A DNA stretch of 64,000 nucleotides, from the IMG/VR virus record IMGVR_UViG_3300035676_000002, positions 32,001 through 96,000 of that record; one strand, given 5' to 3'. Origin of the DNA: a virus. Under the pieces are notes generated by a model. That model worked only from the letters and a program-made list of their open reading frames with translations, was not told where the DNA came from and made no database searches. The position numbers and the translations under genes are program-made. This document shows, piece after piece, positions 33,462 through 45,100 of this stretch (position 1 is the stretch's first letter; each line of letters begins with the position of its first letter).

Positions 33462-36411
33462 TCACCGTACCTACTGTGCCAAGCGTATCTATCACAAAGC
33501 ACATAACTCCATCTGAGCTTGCCACTGCCGTTGATCCAGTATATTGCAACCATTTCGATACCGAACATGGGGTGTTCGTACACGAAGAGGCAATAACAGC
33601 ATCCGAACTAATGCCGATAGCAGGATTAGCCTTTAGAATAAGTCGCGGGGCTGACCCTCCATTCCATGATGCGCTTTCATAAACGGTTGACCATGCAGTA
33701 ATGCTATGGCCACTTCGGACGGTTGTGCAATGTTGACTCGATTCCATTCTGTATGTAGCGTCTTTAGGGGTCAGTTTTTCAGAGGGGCTTGCTCCGTTGA
33801 ATGTTACAGTATCCCTCTCGATAGTTCCAAGCGTTACCCATGATTTAAATGCTCCTACAACTTGGTCGTGATCCGTAGAGTGTAGCCAGTTATTGCTACG
33901 CCAATCAGTATTAGGCCAATTTCCTGTGGTGCCGGGGTATATTTCCACTGGCGAGGCGAGAAGGGTATTCCACATATCGCCTTGGAAAAGATATCCTTTA
34001 GGAATATACAAATCGCCATAAGTATGCATTCCATTCGACCCCGAACATAGTGGATGCAGATTCCCACACGATCCTATTTTTGTATTGATAATACGGACAT
34101 CCCTGTATCCGTCGCCATTAAAATGTATCCCATAATATCCATATTGGTGCAAAGGAGTAGAAGCGAGAGTAGAGTCTACAAGAGCAATTCCATTACCGAG
34201 GGAAATAAGTTGAGCATAATTATTGCTAGCCCCATTACCAATAGCTATTAAATTTGATAATGTTAAATCTCTTGTATTCCCTGTAGTGATGCCAGCTTGC
34301 CCATTGAGTAGCGATACTAGCCCATCAATCGTGCTCCTTGATCCATGATGGAAATAGTTAAGATCGAATCCATAAGTAGCATTAGATACAGAAGTGTTAT
34401 TATTGTAATTCCCAGAAGGAACAATTGCCCCATCGGAATATAATCCACCAGTGCTATCTGAAATATAAATTCCTACTCCATAATTATTTGCAACATAGTT
34501 CCCGGTAGCGACTATTGGAAATCTATTTAAATTCATTCCCGCACATCCATTGACCCTGCATCCAACGGAAAGATTATTAGTGAAAACACCACAATAGCCA
34601 GATTCGTATATACCATAATTGCTATTATCTATTACGTTATTATCAAAATTAACCATAGCGTTCGTACACGTAGATTGGGCATGATAAAATGGATAAGTAT
34701 TACTTACGGTAAAATCATGTATAGAACAATTTTGTAAATTCGTTAGCGATGATCCAGTGCTAGAGGCTGAATTGATCCCATAAGAGTAAGATGCTGCCTT
34801 ACCAAGCCAATAGAATTCTGTATTTGTTGCACTAAAAGTTGAATCATCCTGCACAAATACCGCAGAAAATAATGGAGCGCTTGATGTTCCACGAATTTTT
34901 ATATTACGTGTTAGATTACCCATTGCAGCTTGAAATGGAGAAGTTCCTAAATGTGAATAAAGAGGAAAGGTTGTTGTTGTGATCTGCGTAGCACTATCTA
35001 CGCTTGCGATAACTAATGTTTCTCTTTCGGAATACGATGCCGGATTTGTTCCAGTAACAACTACTGTATCACCGACCTTCCATCCCGTTGTGCTTGCTAC
35101 AGTAAATACATTACCGTTTGTTGCTGGAATACAATCTACCCTATTTTGCGTCCCGGCACTTCCATTTAAAACTAAATGTGTAGAATCAATGACATAACTA
35201 ATAGAATAATTCACTCCATTAATCTTAATTGTTCCAGTTAATCCGGTAAACGATTGTCCACCAAGTAACGTAACGGCTGTCCCAACTGTACTACAATATC
35301 CACCCTTATCGGCAGTTAGTTTTGTCCATGATGTTTTTGCGGCACCATAGGTCGTGACTCCACCCTGTCCAGTTCCTCCGGCATACCAAATATAATAAAG
35401 AGAGTCACCAGTAGTTCCCGGTACTATCTCATGTATTGCCGTAGAAGTATCTGGAACAGGAGTAGTAGCGGTTCCCATCGTAACCGTTCCACCATCGAAT
35501 ACGGCGAAATGCCCTCGATGCTTGAGGATATAGTTTGTAGATGCCGCAGTACCCCACGCAAGCGTTCCTCGACCAGTTCCCCTTCCGCCCCCCAAAGATA
35601 TTGAATGTGGGTTAACGGCGCTTGCGGCGGTTTGTCCAAAAGTAACCGAAGAATTTACATTATCCATCGTGACAGTAATATCATTTCCTGTCGCCTGTCC
35701 GGTATGTTCTCCATAAATATAGAGATTATCACCCTCGCCGGGAATAGCTTGCGTTGTTGTGCGAAGCATACGACACCAATCATAGCTTGCAGTCGCAGTT
35801 CTAAAAGCCCTCATGGTGTTGCTACTGGTAGTTTTTAATCCTATTTTATATGCCTTGCCAGCGGTAAGCGTTATTGGGCTACCGAATTTAAATTGCATCA
35901 AGCCCATAGAAGTCGTTAATGCTCGCTGTGGAACCTGATCGAGTCTAACAGTAACATTTGTAACTTCCGTTGCATCAGTATTATTATATAATTGAACGTA
36001 AAGTAAATCATTGCCAACCGATGCGCTTCTTCCATATGGACGAATAAGGATAGCATCAATAGTAATTGCCCCCGGCGTGAATGTTTGCGTATAATCATAC
36101 GACGTTCTAACCATGTCGTTATTTGCTTCCGTATCGGCATGAGAGGTAGTATCGACTAGCCTCCATGTCGCAGCACTGGTAAAATTACCAGTAGCAGCAG
36201 ATACGAGCCTTCCCCATGTGGCGCGTGTTGTTGGCGTTGCGGTAGGAGTATTTGTTGGTGTCGGCGTATCAGTAGGCGTAGCGGTAAAAGTAGGAGTATC
36301 CGTGGGAGTTTCTGTAGGAGTATCTGTCTCCGCTTGCGCGAAACACGTCCCAGCTAAAAGAAAGGTAAGAAAAACAAATCCTATAACTCTGTTTGAAATG
36401 TAATGGAACAT
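33433..36411 (-). CDS. Exported G8-like/parallel beta-helix (pectin-lyase fold) tailspike-like protein
   Basis: Signal peptide ends FLLAGTCFA, then a PT linker. GWKVGDTVVV...GNLTRNIKIRG is followed by Asn-ladder beta-helix repeats. Confidence 0.65.
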   Translation of the reverse strand: MFHYISNRVIGFVFLTFLLAGTCFAQAETDTPTETPTDTPTFTATPTDTPTPTNTPTATPTTRATWGRLVSAATGNFTSAATWRLVDTTSHADTEANNDMVRTSYDYTQTFTPGAITIDAILIRPYGRSASVGNDLLYVQLYNNTDATEVTNVTVRLDQVPQRALTTSMGLMQFKFGSPITLTAGKAYKIGLKTTSSNTMRAFRTATASYDWCRMLRTTTQAIPGEGDNLYIYGEHTGQATGNDITVTMDNVNSSVTFGQTAASAVNPHSISLGGGRGTGRGTLAWGTAASTNYILKHRGHFAVFDGGTVTMGTATTPVPDTSTAIHEIVPGTTGDSLYYIWYAGGTGQGGVTTYGAAKTSWTKLTADKGGYCSTVGTAVTLLGGQSFTGLTGTIKINGVNYSISYVIDSTHLVLNGSAGTQNRVDCIPATNGNVFTVASTTGWKVGDTVVVTGTNPASYSERETLVIASVDSATQITTTTFPLYSHLGTSPFQAAMGNLTRNIKIRGTSSAPLFSAVFVQDDSTFSATNTEFYWLGKAASYSYGINSASSTGSSLTNLQNCSIHDFTVSNTYPFYHAQSTCTNAMVNFDNNVIDNSNYGIYESGYCGVFTNNLSVGCRVNGCAGMNLNRFPIVATGNYVANNYGVGIYISDSTGGLYSDGAIVPSGNYNNNTSVSNATYGFDLNYFHHGSRSTIDGLVSLLNGQAGITTGNTRDLTLSNLIAIGNGASNNYAQLISLGNGIALVDSTLASTPLHQYGYYGIHFNGDGYRDVRIINTKIGSCGNLHPLCSGSNGMHTYGDLYIPKGYLFQGDMWNTLLASPVEIYPGTTGNWPNTDWRSNNWLHSTDHDQVVGAFKSWVTLGTIERDTVTFNGASPSEKLTPKDATYRMESSQHCTTVRSGHSITAWSTVYESASWNGGSAPRLILKANPAIGISSDAVIASSCTNTPCSVSKWLQYTGSTAVASSDGVMCFVIDTLGTVGTVNVDDWLFSE

Positions 36412-37997
36412 AGCGTTGGCGCTACCTTTCTCCCAATCACTCGTACCTTCTGGTCTACCATGCCCCTATCTTCATCCGTAAGATACAGGATGGAGTTCTC
36501 AATCAGGGAATATGCCAACCAACCTTCGCATAAATATGACATTTTCTTATGCTGCTTACAAGCAAGACGAAGATAATTCTCTGCGAAATATGGAATAATT
36601 GGTGGAGGACCGCTTTGTGAGTTGACGACAATATCGGCAAATTCCATCTGGACATAGCGCCGACCATAAGCGGCTTCGCTCTGCTTTAGGACACCCTGTA
36701 ATCCACTGTTTGCCCTATCGGAGTCGAGAATATAAGAAAGCCGTGATGCCTCAAATTCTTTCTGTGTGTAGATATTACGAAAATATCGTATCTCAATTGC
36801 ATTATATACTTGATCTATAGGAGTATCCTCTTCGTCATCTATGCGACCAATCAATCCATTTCCTACCCCTACCTTATAGCCTGTGTCCTCACCTTCCATA
36901 CGAAAGATTACTACTTCCCCATTGCGAAAACCCATAATATATGGCGTCTGTGGGAAAAGCCTATCACGTACAAGTTCCAACACATTCCCTTGCGCGTTCT
37001 GGAAAAAGGACATATCGAACGGAAGATTTTGCAGGATTTGCCTTGCCCCAATAGATACTGGATACTGTGCATAGTCTAATAAGGTGAGAATGATCTGCTT
37101 ATCTTTAGAGAGTCCGTTGAATCCAGAGCACGTTACAAATGGCAACTCTAAATTAGGAATTTGTTTATGGAATTGAATTGTACTCATTATATCCCTATTT
37201 TCAAGGGAAGTAAGGATGGGTGACGGGACTATTTCCTCAACAATATCCCATGCATACTCGCTATCGTTTTGCGACTTATCTTCTCCGTTGACCTGTACGG
37301 AAAACGGGAACGGATGCGCTGGCGGATTAGGAGAAATCTTTCCATCTAGAATATAGAATCGAGTACCATTATCAATTTGTGGACAGAGAATGGGATAATT
37401 AATCTCGCCAAGTGCGACCTGTCGGTTGAATCTCCCATCTGAGGTTACTGGAATATCTGGAAATTCTGCCCGTGTAATTGGCTCAGTATTAGCAAATCGC
37501 ACTTCCCTAAAAGGCTCTCCATCTTTTGCCTGTAATTTTAATTCATTCGTAGCCCGATCATACGAAGCGGAGGTGACTTGCCCCCAGAATAGGGGGATAG
37601 CACTGCTAAGTGGCGTGCCAATAATATGCGAATCGACCCTTAAACTTAAACTTAAAGTACCTAAATTATCAAGAATTCTAAATGGGAATCCAGAGTCACG
37701 ACCAATGACTATCTCAACCTCTTGCGTTTCTGAGCTTTTTCCCTGTGGAGAAAAGGAATATTGCACTTCTGGATTGCTGAGAAGGCATGGCTTAAAAAAA
37801 TACTCCTTGCCACCATCTCCCTCAACAGCTACCCCATCTCCACTTGCAATTAATATTGAGGAAGAGAGCGTAGCGGGATGCTGACCAGAAGAGACTGTTG
37901 CGGAAAGATTATAACCAAAAGTAATTGTATAGAGAAAATTAACCCTTGTATCGTTGAGTTTTAGGATATTGAGGTATTCCCTGCTGATTGCTTTCAT
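36381..37997 (-). CDS. Tail tip/baseplate hub-like protein
   Basis: Second gene after the tape measure; LFWGQV.S, YNAIEIRY and S...YG.R patterns of hub proteins. Confidence 0.55.
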   Translation of the reverse strand: MKAISREYLNILKLNDTRVNFLYTITFGYNLSATVSSGQHPATLSSSILIASGDGVAVEGDGGKEYFFKPCLLSNPEVQYSFSPQGKSSETQEVEIVIGRDSGFPFRILDNLGTLSLSLRVDSHIIGTPLSSAIPLFWGQVTSASYDRATNELKLQAKDGEPFREVRFANTEPITRAEFPDIPVTSDGRFNRQVALGEINYPILCPQIDNGTRFYILDGKISPNPPAHPFPFSVQVNGEDKSQNDSEYAWDIVEEIVPSPILTSLENRDIMSTIQFHKQIPNLELPFVTCSGFNGLSKDKQIILTLLDYAQYPVSIGARQILQNLPFDMSFFQNAQGNVLELVRDRLFPQTPYIMGFRNGEVVIFRMEGEDTGYKVGVGNGLIGRIDDEEDTPIDQVYNAIEIRYFRNIYTQKEFEASRLSYILDSDRANSGLQGVLKQSEAAYGRRYVQMEFADIVVNSQSGPPPIIPYFAENYLRLACKQHKKMSYLCEGWLAYSLIENSILYLTDEDRGMVDQKVRVIGRKVAPTLCSITFQTEL

Positions 37998-40900
37998 TAC
38001 TTAATCTCATATAAAACAACCCCATGAGAAAATAGGGTTCCTGATTCATGCTGTACTTCTATTTCATCACGCAACTGGACCAACTCTGCGGAAATGGAAT
38101 CAGTTGAATCAAAAAGTATGACAAATGGTTGATTCACGTCAGGCATGAGAAGATTGTAAAATACATTAATTTCCCAATCCTCTATTTGATTCCATTGTAA
38201 ACTAAATTTCTGCACTGGACGACCGAGTTTCTTAATTGTAGTAATGCCAGTTGGAGTTGTTTCCGAATGGTTAAATGGTGTTAATGTCCAGCGATATCCC
38301 CTTGTGTACTTGTGACGACGCGAGTATCCCTCTTGGCGCATAATAGTAATAGGATTCTGGCGACCAAAGATTGCTGTACCGATCTTCACGCAGTCCTCTA
38401 TGGAGTTATAAAATACAGGAATCGTAATTCGCAACCATTGTCCGAATTGATATTCTGTCCCATATAGTCCCGGCTCTGGATTTCCATATGCGCTCGTTCG
38501 CGTACCGGCGCTTCCGTCATTAAACATACGATCAGAGAAGATCGCATATTCTAGTGGCGTACTTGCATCTATTGCTACCGTCATAGGCGATGCGCCCTCA
38601 TAGATAATTGTATCCTGCGTATTAGAAATAATTCTTCTAATATACGAAGAGTCAGGCGCAGCAATTCCATCTGTAGTTGTAGCAAGAATAATATACCAAT
38701 CCCTTATGCCAGATGCGAACTGATTGATTTCCCATTTCTTTGACGGATCAATAATGATACTTTTATTAGGTGCCGTGTTTCCAGACAATGAAGTTGCCCG
38801 AACAAATGTTCCTTGATCCACAACAGCAGTCATGGTGAATTCGGTGTAATCTGCTTGGTCCGTTGGGAAACTATTCCCCTTATATGTTGGAACCGAAATA
38901 GCCCAACGAGCATACGGAAAGTTTGTCCCAAACAGCGCAGCAGAATCGACATTCCAAACTTCACCATCACCTATCGCCTCAACAACATCAGGATCATCCC
39001 TGCGATAGAACAAATGAATAGGAAAATTTCCAGAAACGCTCTCTATCCTTCTCGCCTTCCAATAAATAAGCGGAGAATCAATGGCAATATGTTCTTTGGG
39101 GAATTGATATGATAATTTAATATTAAACTTATCCCCCGTATAGGGAACACCGAGCCACTTAAGCGAAAGGGTGCCTAATCCGATCCATTGCTTATTAAGA
39201 GAAATAGGTGGATCGACTAACCACGACGCTTCCCAAGATGGATCGTTCCCGCTCGCTAACGTCCAATCTCGATTTGTCGTTAAGCCAAGTTTAGCATTTA
39301 CGTCAGTCGAAAAAACCGCTCCATAGATACGTGAACTATTCATTACAGAAAAAAACATGAAACTTGGCTTGACCCAACTGCTTGCTACGTCATTAGGCGT
39401 CTGTGGAACTTGCATCGGAATAGGGACATTCCCCTCTGTTGTAAGCTCTAACGAATTAAAATTATCATAAGATACGCGAGCGGCATTATCAGTTAAGAGA
39501 TATAGTGCTGGTTCATTTGTCTCAACAATACTTGAACGTGGGACTCCGGTAGGCACATAGGTTAAATCATTATTCGTAGCATTGAATCCGATCATAATTC
39601 CAGCATTTTCATATATATCCGAATAAAGCCTACGCGGTCGAGTTCTCTTATCTGTAGCAGATGGGAGTAGCCTCGTTAGGGAAATTGTATATGAACCACC
39701 CTCCGATTCATCCCCTCCCCAAATTTCAACTTGCCCTGTACTTAAATTAGAACAAGACATATATAAATTTCCGGTAATCTTGGAAAACTTGAGGAATGGA
39801 AATGTCCTGTCTGTCGAGTTAAATATCCAGATTCCTTCTAGATTTCCAATAAGGAATGTCTCACCGGCAAGGGAAATCCCACACCCTGTTGATGTGCCAC
39901 GTCCAGAGCTAGTAAGCATGATATGCTTCTGGAATGATTGCCCATAGTCTGCGGAGATAAAGGCATTACCAGCAGCATCAAGAACAAGGATATTTGTAAT
40001 ACTCTCTGGCGCTTCGGGTTGCGAACCAATAACAAGCCCTGCTAAACTAAAATTAGTTAATTTAGACCCTGATCCATCTGCTGTCCGATCATTCCACCGT
40101 CGAACAATTGTTGAGATATCCCTTGTTGATGGAGGCTCTGGCCGAGGCGGCATAGAAACAATATGTGTATCAGTTTGATTTGCTTCCCATTTTACAAGAA
40201 ACGATCCGCCATTTCCTATACCATATGCGCTAGTATCGCTGACACGAACAACTTTTCGTACTCCCTGTATGCTCTTTTCATCAGTAGAAAAATTCCACCC
40301 ATTCCCGGCATTTTTTGCCTCGATATTGACAACCGGATTAAGCGCATTCTCTATTCGGAGAAAATTTGAACCACTCCATCCATCCTCAAGCGCATATTTA
40401 TTAGTAGACCGTTTATTGAAATTACCTGTGGGTGTTTCTTCATTCGGGAATGTTCCACAAAGTAATATAGATGGGGCAGCAGGGTCGTTCTTCAAGAGGC
40501 ACGCGCCCATAATGGATGATCCACCATCATAAAGCTCAAATATTTGCGTAAAACTTCCAGTGGAATCCCTCTCCAGTGCAGTAATCTGTTCCCCACGATT
40601 CAATAATACCATACCATCATTCGTGATAAACCAAAGATTCCAAGCGGTTTCTGATCCGGTTGATGTACTACGCTGACTTATGATTTCAACAATATTATAA
40701 CGTAAATATGGACCCCAGAAGTTCTTAGTAGGCACGCCAATGCCGGGAACAATAAATGGCGTCGGGATAGACCCATCTGCCCCTGTTTGAAAATCCTCTA
40801 CGGCAACTTGATATTTTGTTCCAGTTTGCGTTACGGGCGGGGAAAGAATCGTGCCTGTTTTTTGATCGTAAGAAAAATTAGAATCAAGCGGCGCAGAAAC

Positions 40901-42178
40901 GACATAAAATGTTTTCCCTTCGTCAACACTACGCATAATAAGCGACCATTCGCCACCAACATAAATAATAAAACTTCCTTCTCCCTCATTCTTAATAATT
41001 TTTACAGCATTGAGAGCCATGCCATTTCGTGCTGCAAAATTATTTGTTGGCGTAGACCACGTTCCACCATTATCATAACTAATAAGGATACCGCCGCGTT
41101 GGGTTACGGCGCATATAACCTTTCTGCTTTCATCTTCAAGCCTATCCATTGCAGTAATATATTCTGTTGTATTAACCTTATCCGTTGAGGCAACAATTCC
41201 AAAAGCATTCGCATTGCTTCCAATAGGCGACCAATCAACTAAATCAACGCTGCTAGCAAGGACAATCGAACGTTCGATTCTATCTGGTGTCAAGATTGAA
41301 TCTTCTCGACTCCCAGCAGCAATAACGAATCTCTTACCGGTGTACTCAATTGATATACCACCATCGAATCTTTGCTGATCTGTATTACTACCCAAGGCAA
41401 TATCGCTTGTTTTAAGCGTGATACGTGGATTTTCTACTCCATCTGCAATATCCATAGTGAAGATATAAATTGCCCCATAATGCGGTTCGGCAGCATTATC
41501 TCCATATGTCGTAAGAGCAATGACCGGCAAATCATCTGCCATACACGCAGAAAGAAACATCGGCGCATTGAGTTTTTTAATACCAGCACCAGAGATTAAC
41601 CGTGACGAATATCCAAATGGCGTGAATTGCGTATTACCGTCCAACGCGCTAAAGCGATAACACAAGATGCGATAATCGCTCGTAGACGTAACATTCCCAA
41701 GGGCAAATAAATATTGTCGCTGAAGGCTATCTTCAACAATCCAGCAATTCCCCGTTTGGAATCTATATGTTTCCGCTGGGGCAAATCCAGTTGAGGCGCT
41801 TAGTTCGCCTTTCGATTGCCATGCCGTATTAATTTTACTAGGATAATCGTCACCAGCATAGGTGATATTAAAGCGGTTTGTCTGTTTAAATTTATCAGAT
41901 TGTGTTTGATTTCTTAGCTTTCCAAAAGATTTAACAGTAATAAGTAGTTCACTATCTCCATCACTAATCTTTTGCCGTTCATTGATATATACATCTCCGC
42001 TTGTAACAAGTTGTACGCCTTGAGAAAGATTCGCGTCTGCTGCCTCTGGAAGTCCGATGAATACACCAGACTCCTTTTCTATATATGACTCTAATCCGGT
42101 TGGAATAGTTACATCAGTTGGGCCAACTGGAACGGTTTTAAAAAGATAGATTTCTTTTTCAGCAGAAGGTTTTAACAT
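37997..42178 (-). CDS. Large tail protein with Asp-box (BNR) beta-propeller repeats and a distal-tail-like C-terminus
   Basis: Asp-boxes SYDNGGTW, SVDEGKTF and SADYGQSF; follows the tape measure directly. Confidence 0.6.
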   Translation of the reverse strand: MLKPSAEKEIYLFKTVPVGPTDVTIPTGLESYIEKESGVFIGLPEAADANLSQGVQLVTSGDVYINERQKISDGDSELLITVKSFGKLRNQTQSDKFKQTNRFNITYAGDDYPSKINTAWQSKGELSASTGFAPAETYRFQTGNCWIVEDSLQRQYLFALGNVTSTSDYRILCYRFSALDGNTQFTPFGYSSRLISGAGIKKLNAPMFLSACMADDLPVIALTTYGDNAAEPHYGAIYIFTMDIADGVENPRITLKTSDIALGSNTDQQRFDGGISIEYTGKRFVIAAGSREDSILTPDRIERSIVLASSVDLVDWSPIGSNANAFGIVASTDKVNTTEYITAMDRLEDESRKVICAVTQRGGILISYDNGGTWSTPTNNFAARNGMALNAVKIIKNEGEGSFIIYVGGEWSLIMRSVDEGKTFYVVSAPLDSNFSYDQKTGTILSPPVTQTGTKYQVAVEDFQTGADGSIPTPFIVPGIGVPTKNFWGPYLRYNIVEIISQRSTSTGSETAWNLWFITNDGMVLLNRGEQITALERDSTGSFTQIFELYDGGSSIMGACLLKNDPAAPSILLCGTFPNEETPTGNFNKRSTNKYALEDGWSGSNFLRIENALNPVVNIEAKNAGNGWNFSTDEKSIQGVRKVVRVSDTSAYGIGNGGSFLVKWEANQTDTHIVSMPPRPEPPSTRDISTIVRRWNDRTADGSGSKLTNFSLAGLVIGSQPEAPESITNILVLDAAGNAFISADYGQSFQKHIMLTSSGRGTSTGCGISLAGETFLIGNLEGIWIFNSTDRTFPFLKFSKITGNLYMSCSNLSTGQVEIWGGDESEGGSYTISLTRLLPSATDKRTRPRRLYSDIYENAGIMIGFNATNNDLTYVPTGVPRSSIVETNEPALYLLTDNAARVSYDNFNSLELTTEGNVPIPMQVPQTPNDVASSWVKPSFMFFSVMNSSRIYGAVFSTDVNAKLGLTTNRDWTLASGNDPSWEASWLVDPPISLNKQWIGLGTLSLKWLGVPYTGDKFNIKLSYQFPKEHIAIDSPLIYWKARRIESVSGNFPIHLFYRRDDPDVVEAIGDGEVWNVDSAALFGTNFPYARWAISVPTYKGNSFPTDQADYTEFTMTAVVDQGTFVRATSLSGNTAPNKSIIIDPSKKWEINQFASGIRDWYIILATTTDGIAAPDSSYIRRIISNTQDTIIYEGASPMTVAIDASTPLEYAIFSDRMFNDGSAGTRTSAYGNPEPGLYGTEYQFGQWLRITIPVFYNSIEDCVKIGTAIFGRQNPITIMRQEGYSRRHKYTRGYRWTLTPFNHSETTPTGITTIKKLGRPVQKFSLQWNQIEDWEINVFYNLLMPDVNQPFVILFDSTDSISAELVQLRDEIEVQHESGTLFSHGVVLYEIK

Positions 42179-45100
42179 TATTTCATTCCAATATTCGGTT
42201 TCGGCAATAGTGTCGATCTACTTGTTTCCATACGAACCATTTCAGCAGCTAGTTCCTTCTCGCCAATCTTCACGATGATCTTAACTGGACCACCTTGATA
42301 GTTCAATGGCTTACCAGATGAATCTGACATAATATCAATCAATTCGTTCATTTTCTTTTCGAGCTTATCTTCCTGCTGTGCTGACCGAATTGGTTCTCCA
42401 CCATGTACGATAGCTGGCTGTGCTCGTCCGTTTGGCCCCGGCACTCTCGTAAACGAAGGCGTTGCATAACTTCTCACTGCAAACTGATTAGGCGTCTGGT
42501 TATATAGTCCTGCGGTAGCTGTTACTCCAAATGCACTCTGGAATCCCTGTAGGTTAGCATAGAATGGGGCAATCTTGCTCATTACATTTGATTCAAAATC
42601 AATAGCCTTTCTGCGTGCTTCATTCAGTGCCTTATTCCCCAAATCAACCTGACCCGCAGCGAAAAACTCAGCAGCTTGTGATATTTGTGTTCCAATAACC
42701 GTAATCATTTGACCAATAATCGGTGTTTCAATTAAGCGTTCTTGGATTCTCTGTATGAGTCCACCAACAAGTGATTCTCCCCAACTTTTACCAGCCGCAT
42801 TCAAATCTCCAGCCTTCGCAAGCGTACTAATGAATTCCCCACCAGCAGATACAACACCTTTTAAATCCTCAATGGCTCTCTGAAGTCGATGCGTATTCAT
42901 TACACCGGCTTCAGTAAATGCTTGATATGCAAGAGTTATTTGATCTATCGACCTTGGCAAATCATCGTTAAAAGCAAGAATTAATGCCCCAACTTCATCT
43001 ATAATTCCGCCACCGAGCCGAGAAAGCCGCCAGCCTCCCTTCTTTTCACGGAAACGTACATTAAGAAGTGCCCCAACTAAATCTTTTGCCTTTCCGAATG
43101 TTTTTGTAATTTCAAGAATCTGCCCTTGGGCATCCTCCATGCTTAAGCCAAGTGCCTGTGCATTATTCAAAATAGCATTAGCGACATATTCACTTTGATA
43201 TGATCCTCTTCCGAATGTCTTATAGGAAGCCCCCAATAAGTTTCCGGCGATTTTTGCCTGACCCTTAAGGCTCATTAAGTCAGCACGAAGTTCAAATTTT
43301 CTTGCATTTACATTTAGTTGAGGAACGTCGATATTCTTAAAGACCTTCTTCATAAACTGGTTAATAATATCTCTTGTTTTAGGAACCTTTGGCGCTAGCA
43401 GCAAGCCGAGCGTTACCCCAAGGATAACCCCAATTGCCGCTCCTATTGGACCTGCGACCGCCCCTGCTGACGCGCCAGCCGCCGCCCCTGCCCCTGCCCC
43501 CGCTGCCGCCCCTCCAGCCGCTCCTAGCCCCGCTCCGGCACTTGCTCCGGCTATTCCTCCAGCAACCGCGCCACCTGCTGCGCCTCCAACTATAAATCCA
43601 CCTACACCACCAACAATTCCACCACCAACCCCAGCGGCGACCCTTGCTCCACCCACTCGACCAACTCCGCGTACAAGTGCTCCCGTTGCTGGACCAAGAA
43701 GAGGAATACCAATATTTCCATATTGGGCATTTACTAAATCCTGTTGCGTTACGCCGGGATTATATTTAATACTCTTAACTTTATTTGATCCAGACTGCAT
43801 TCCTTGGTAAAGACTAATAAGGGCTGCGATTCCAGCTATGCCGCCACCAATGCCCTGTGCCATTCCGCTCCCGCCCTGCGCCACGCTTGTTCCTGCTGCC
43901 CCAGCACCAGTACCACCAGCAGAAGCCCCAGCGGCGGGTGCTGAACTTACCTCTGGTCCAACAAATCCAGCCTGATACGATCCTACTGCTTGACCGGCTT
44001 GCTGAATTCCTGCTGGAAAACTGTACCCATTTGCGTATGGTCCCGGCTGTGTAGGCTGAATTGGCGTGCTCGCCGCTGGGTTAGAAGCCTTTGAGAGATA
44101 ATTCTGCAATATGTCAGTTACATTACCACCAGTTTTAAAAGCATTTTCTATTTGACCAATTAGATTTGCCCCGGTATCCTTTCCTCCCTCTTTTCCCAAG
44201 CCGGGAATATACTCAAGGAGATTTTTCTTCATAAATAGATCAAATCCAGCCTTACGCTTTACTGTCTCCTTGATTGCTTCTGTTAGTGACGAAGATACAG
44301 CCTCATTAAAACTCTTTGCAATCATCTCGGAGAATTTACCACCATCAGTGACGAATTTCCCAAGCGCTTCACCGAGGCTCGATGTTATTGCCTGTCCAAT
44401 GTTAATGAATTCTTTACGAATCTTCAGAAGTTCTAGGTAAAGTTCAAATGCCTTAAGTTTCGCTTCCTCTAGTTTATTAACAATAGCATCCCGTGCCGCA
44501 GTTTCGTCACTTCTCGTCTTAATTAGATTTGCCTGTGCTGCATTAATTTCTGTTTCTGCCGCTTGGATTTGCTGGAGAACTTCCTTTTCCGTCATGCGAC
44601 TTTCGTTGATCTTTAACCCAAGCTTAAGCCTTACTTCCTCTAATGCATTTGATGATTTTAATGTTTCTAACTGTGCTTGCTTATAGGCTGTTTCCTGCGC
44701 GAGCAATGCACGATCCGGTTCTACGAGTTTCGCATCAATGAGTTTTTGACGCTGTATTGGATTACTAATATTAGAATATTCGATCTGCGCTGCTTGGTAC
44801 AGTTTATCGACAGCCTCCTTAGATTGCTCGACGGCTTTCTTATTTAGTGCTTCAATATCTCTTCGGTATCTTAGTTCTTCTGTCCCGGCTTCAATACTCT
44901 TCTTTGCCATTTGCTGCTCTTGTGCATTAATTTGCTTAACAAGGCCAAGGCGTTCCCGCGTTTTATCGGTAACTTCCTGCGCTGATTTAAATTTATCTTC
45001 TGCGCTCGTTGTTTCGATAGCAGCAATATTGGCACGTTGCCTAACAATATCTACTTCTTTATTGATAATTCCTAATTCATACGATTGTGCAATTCGCAAC

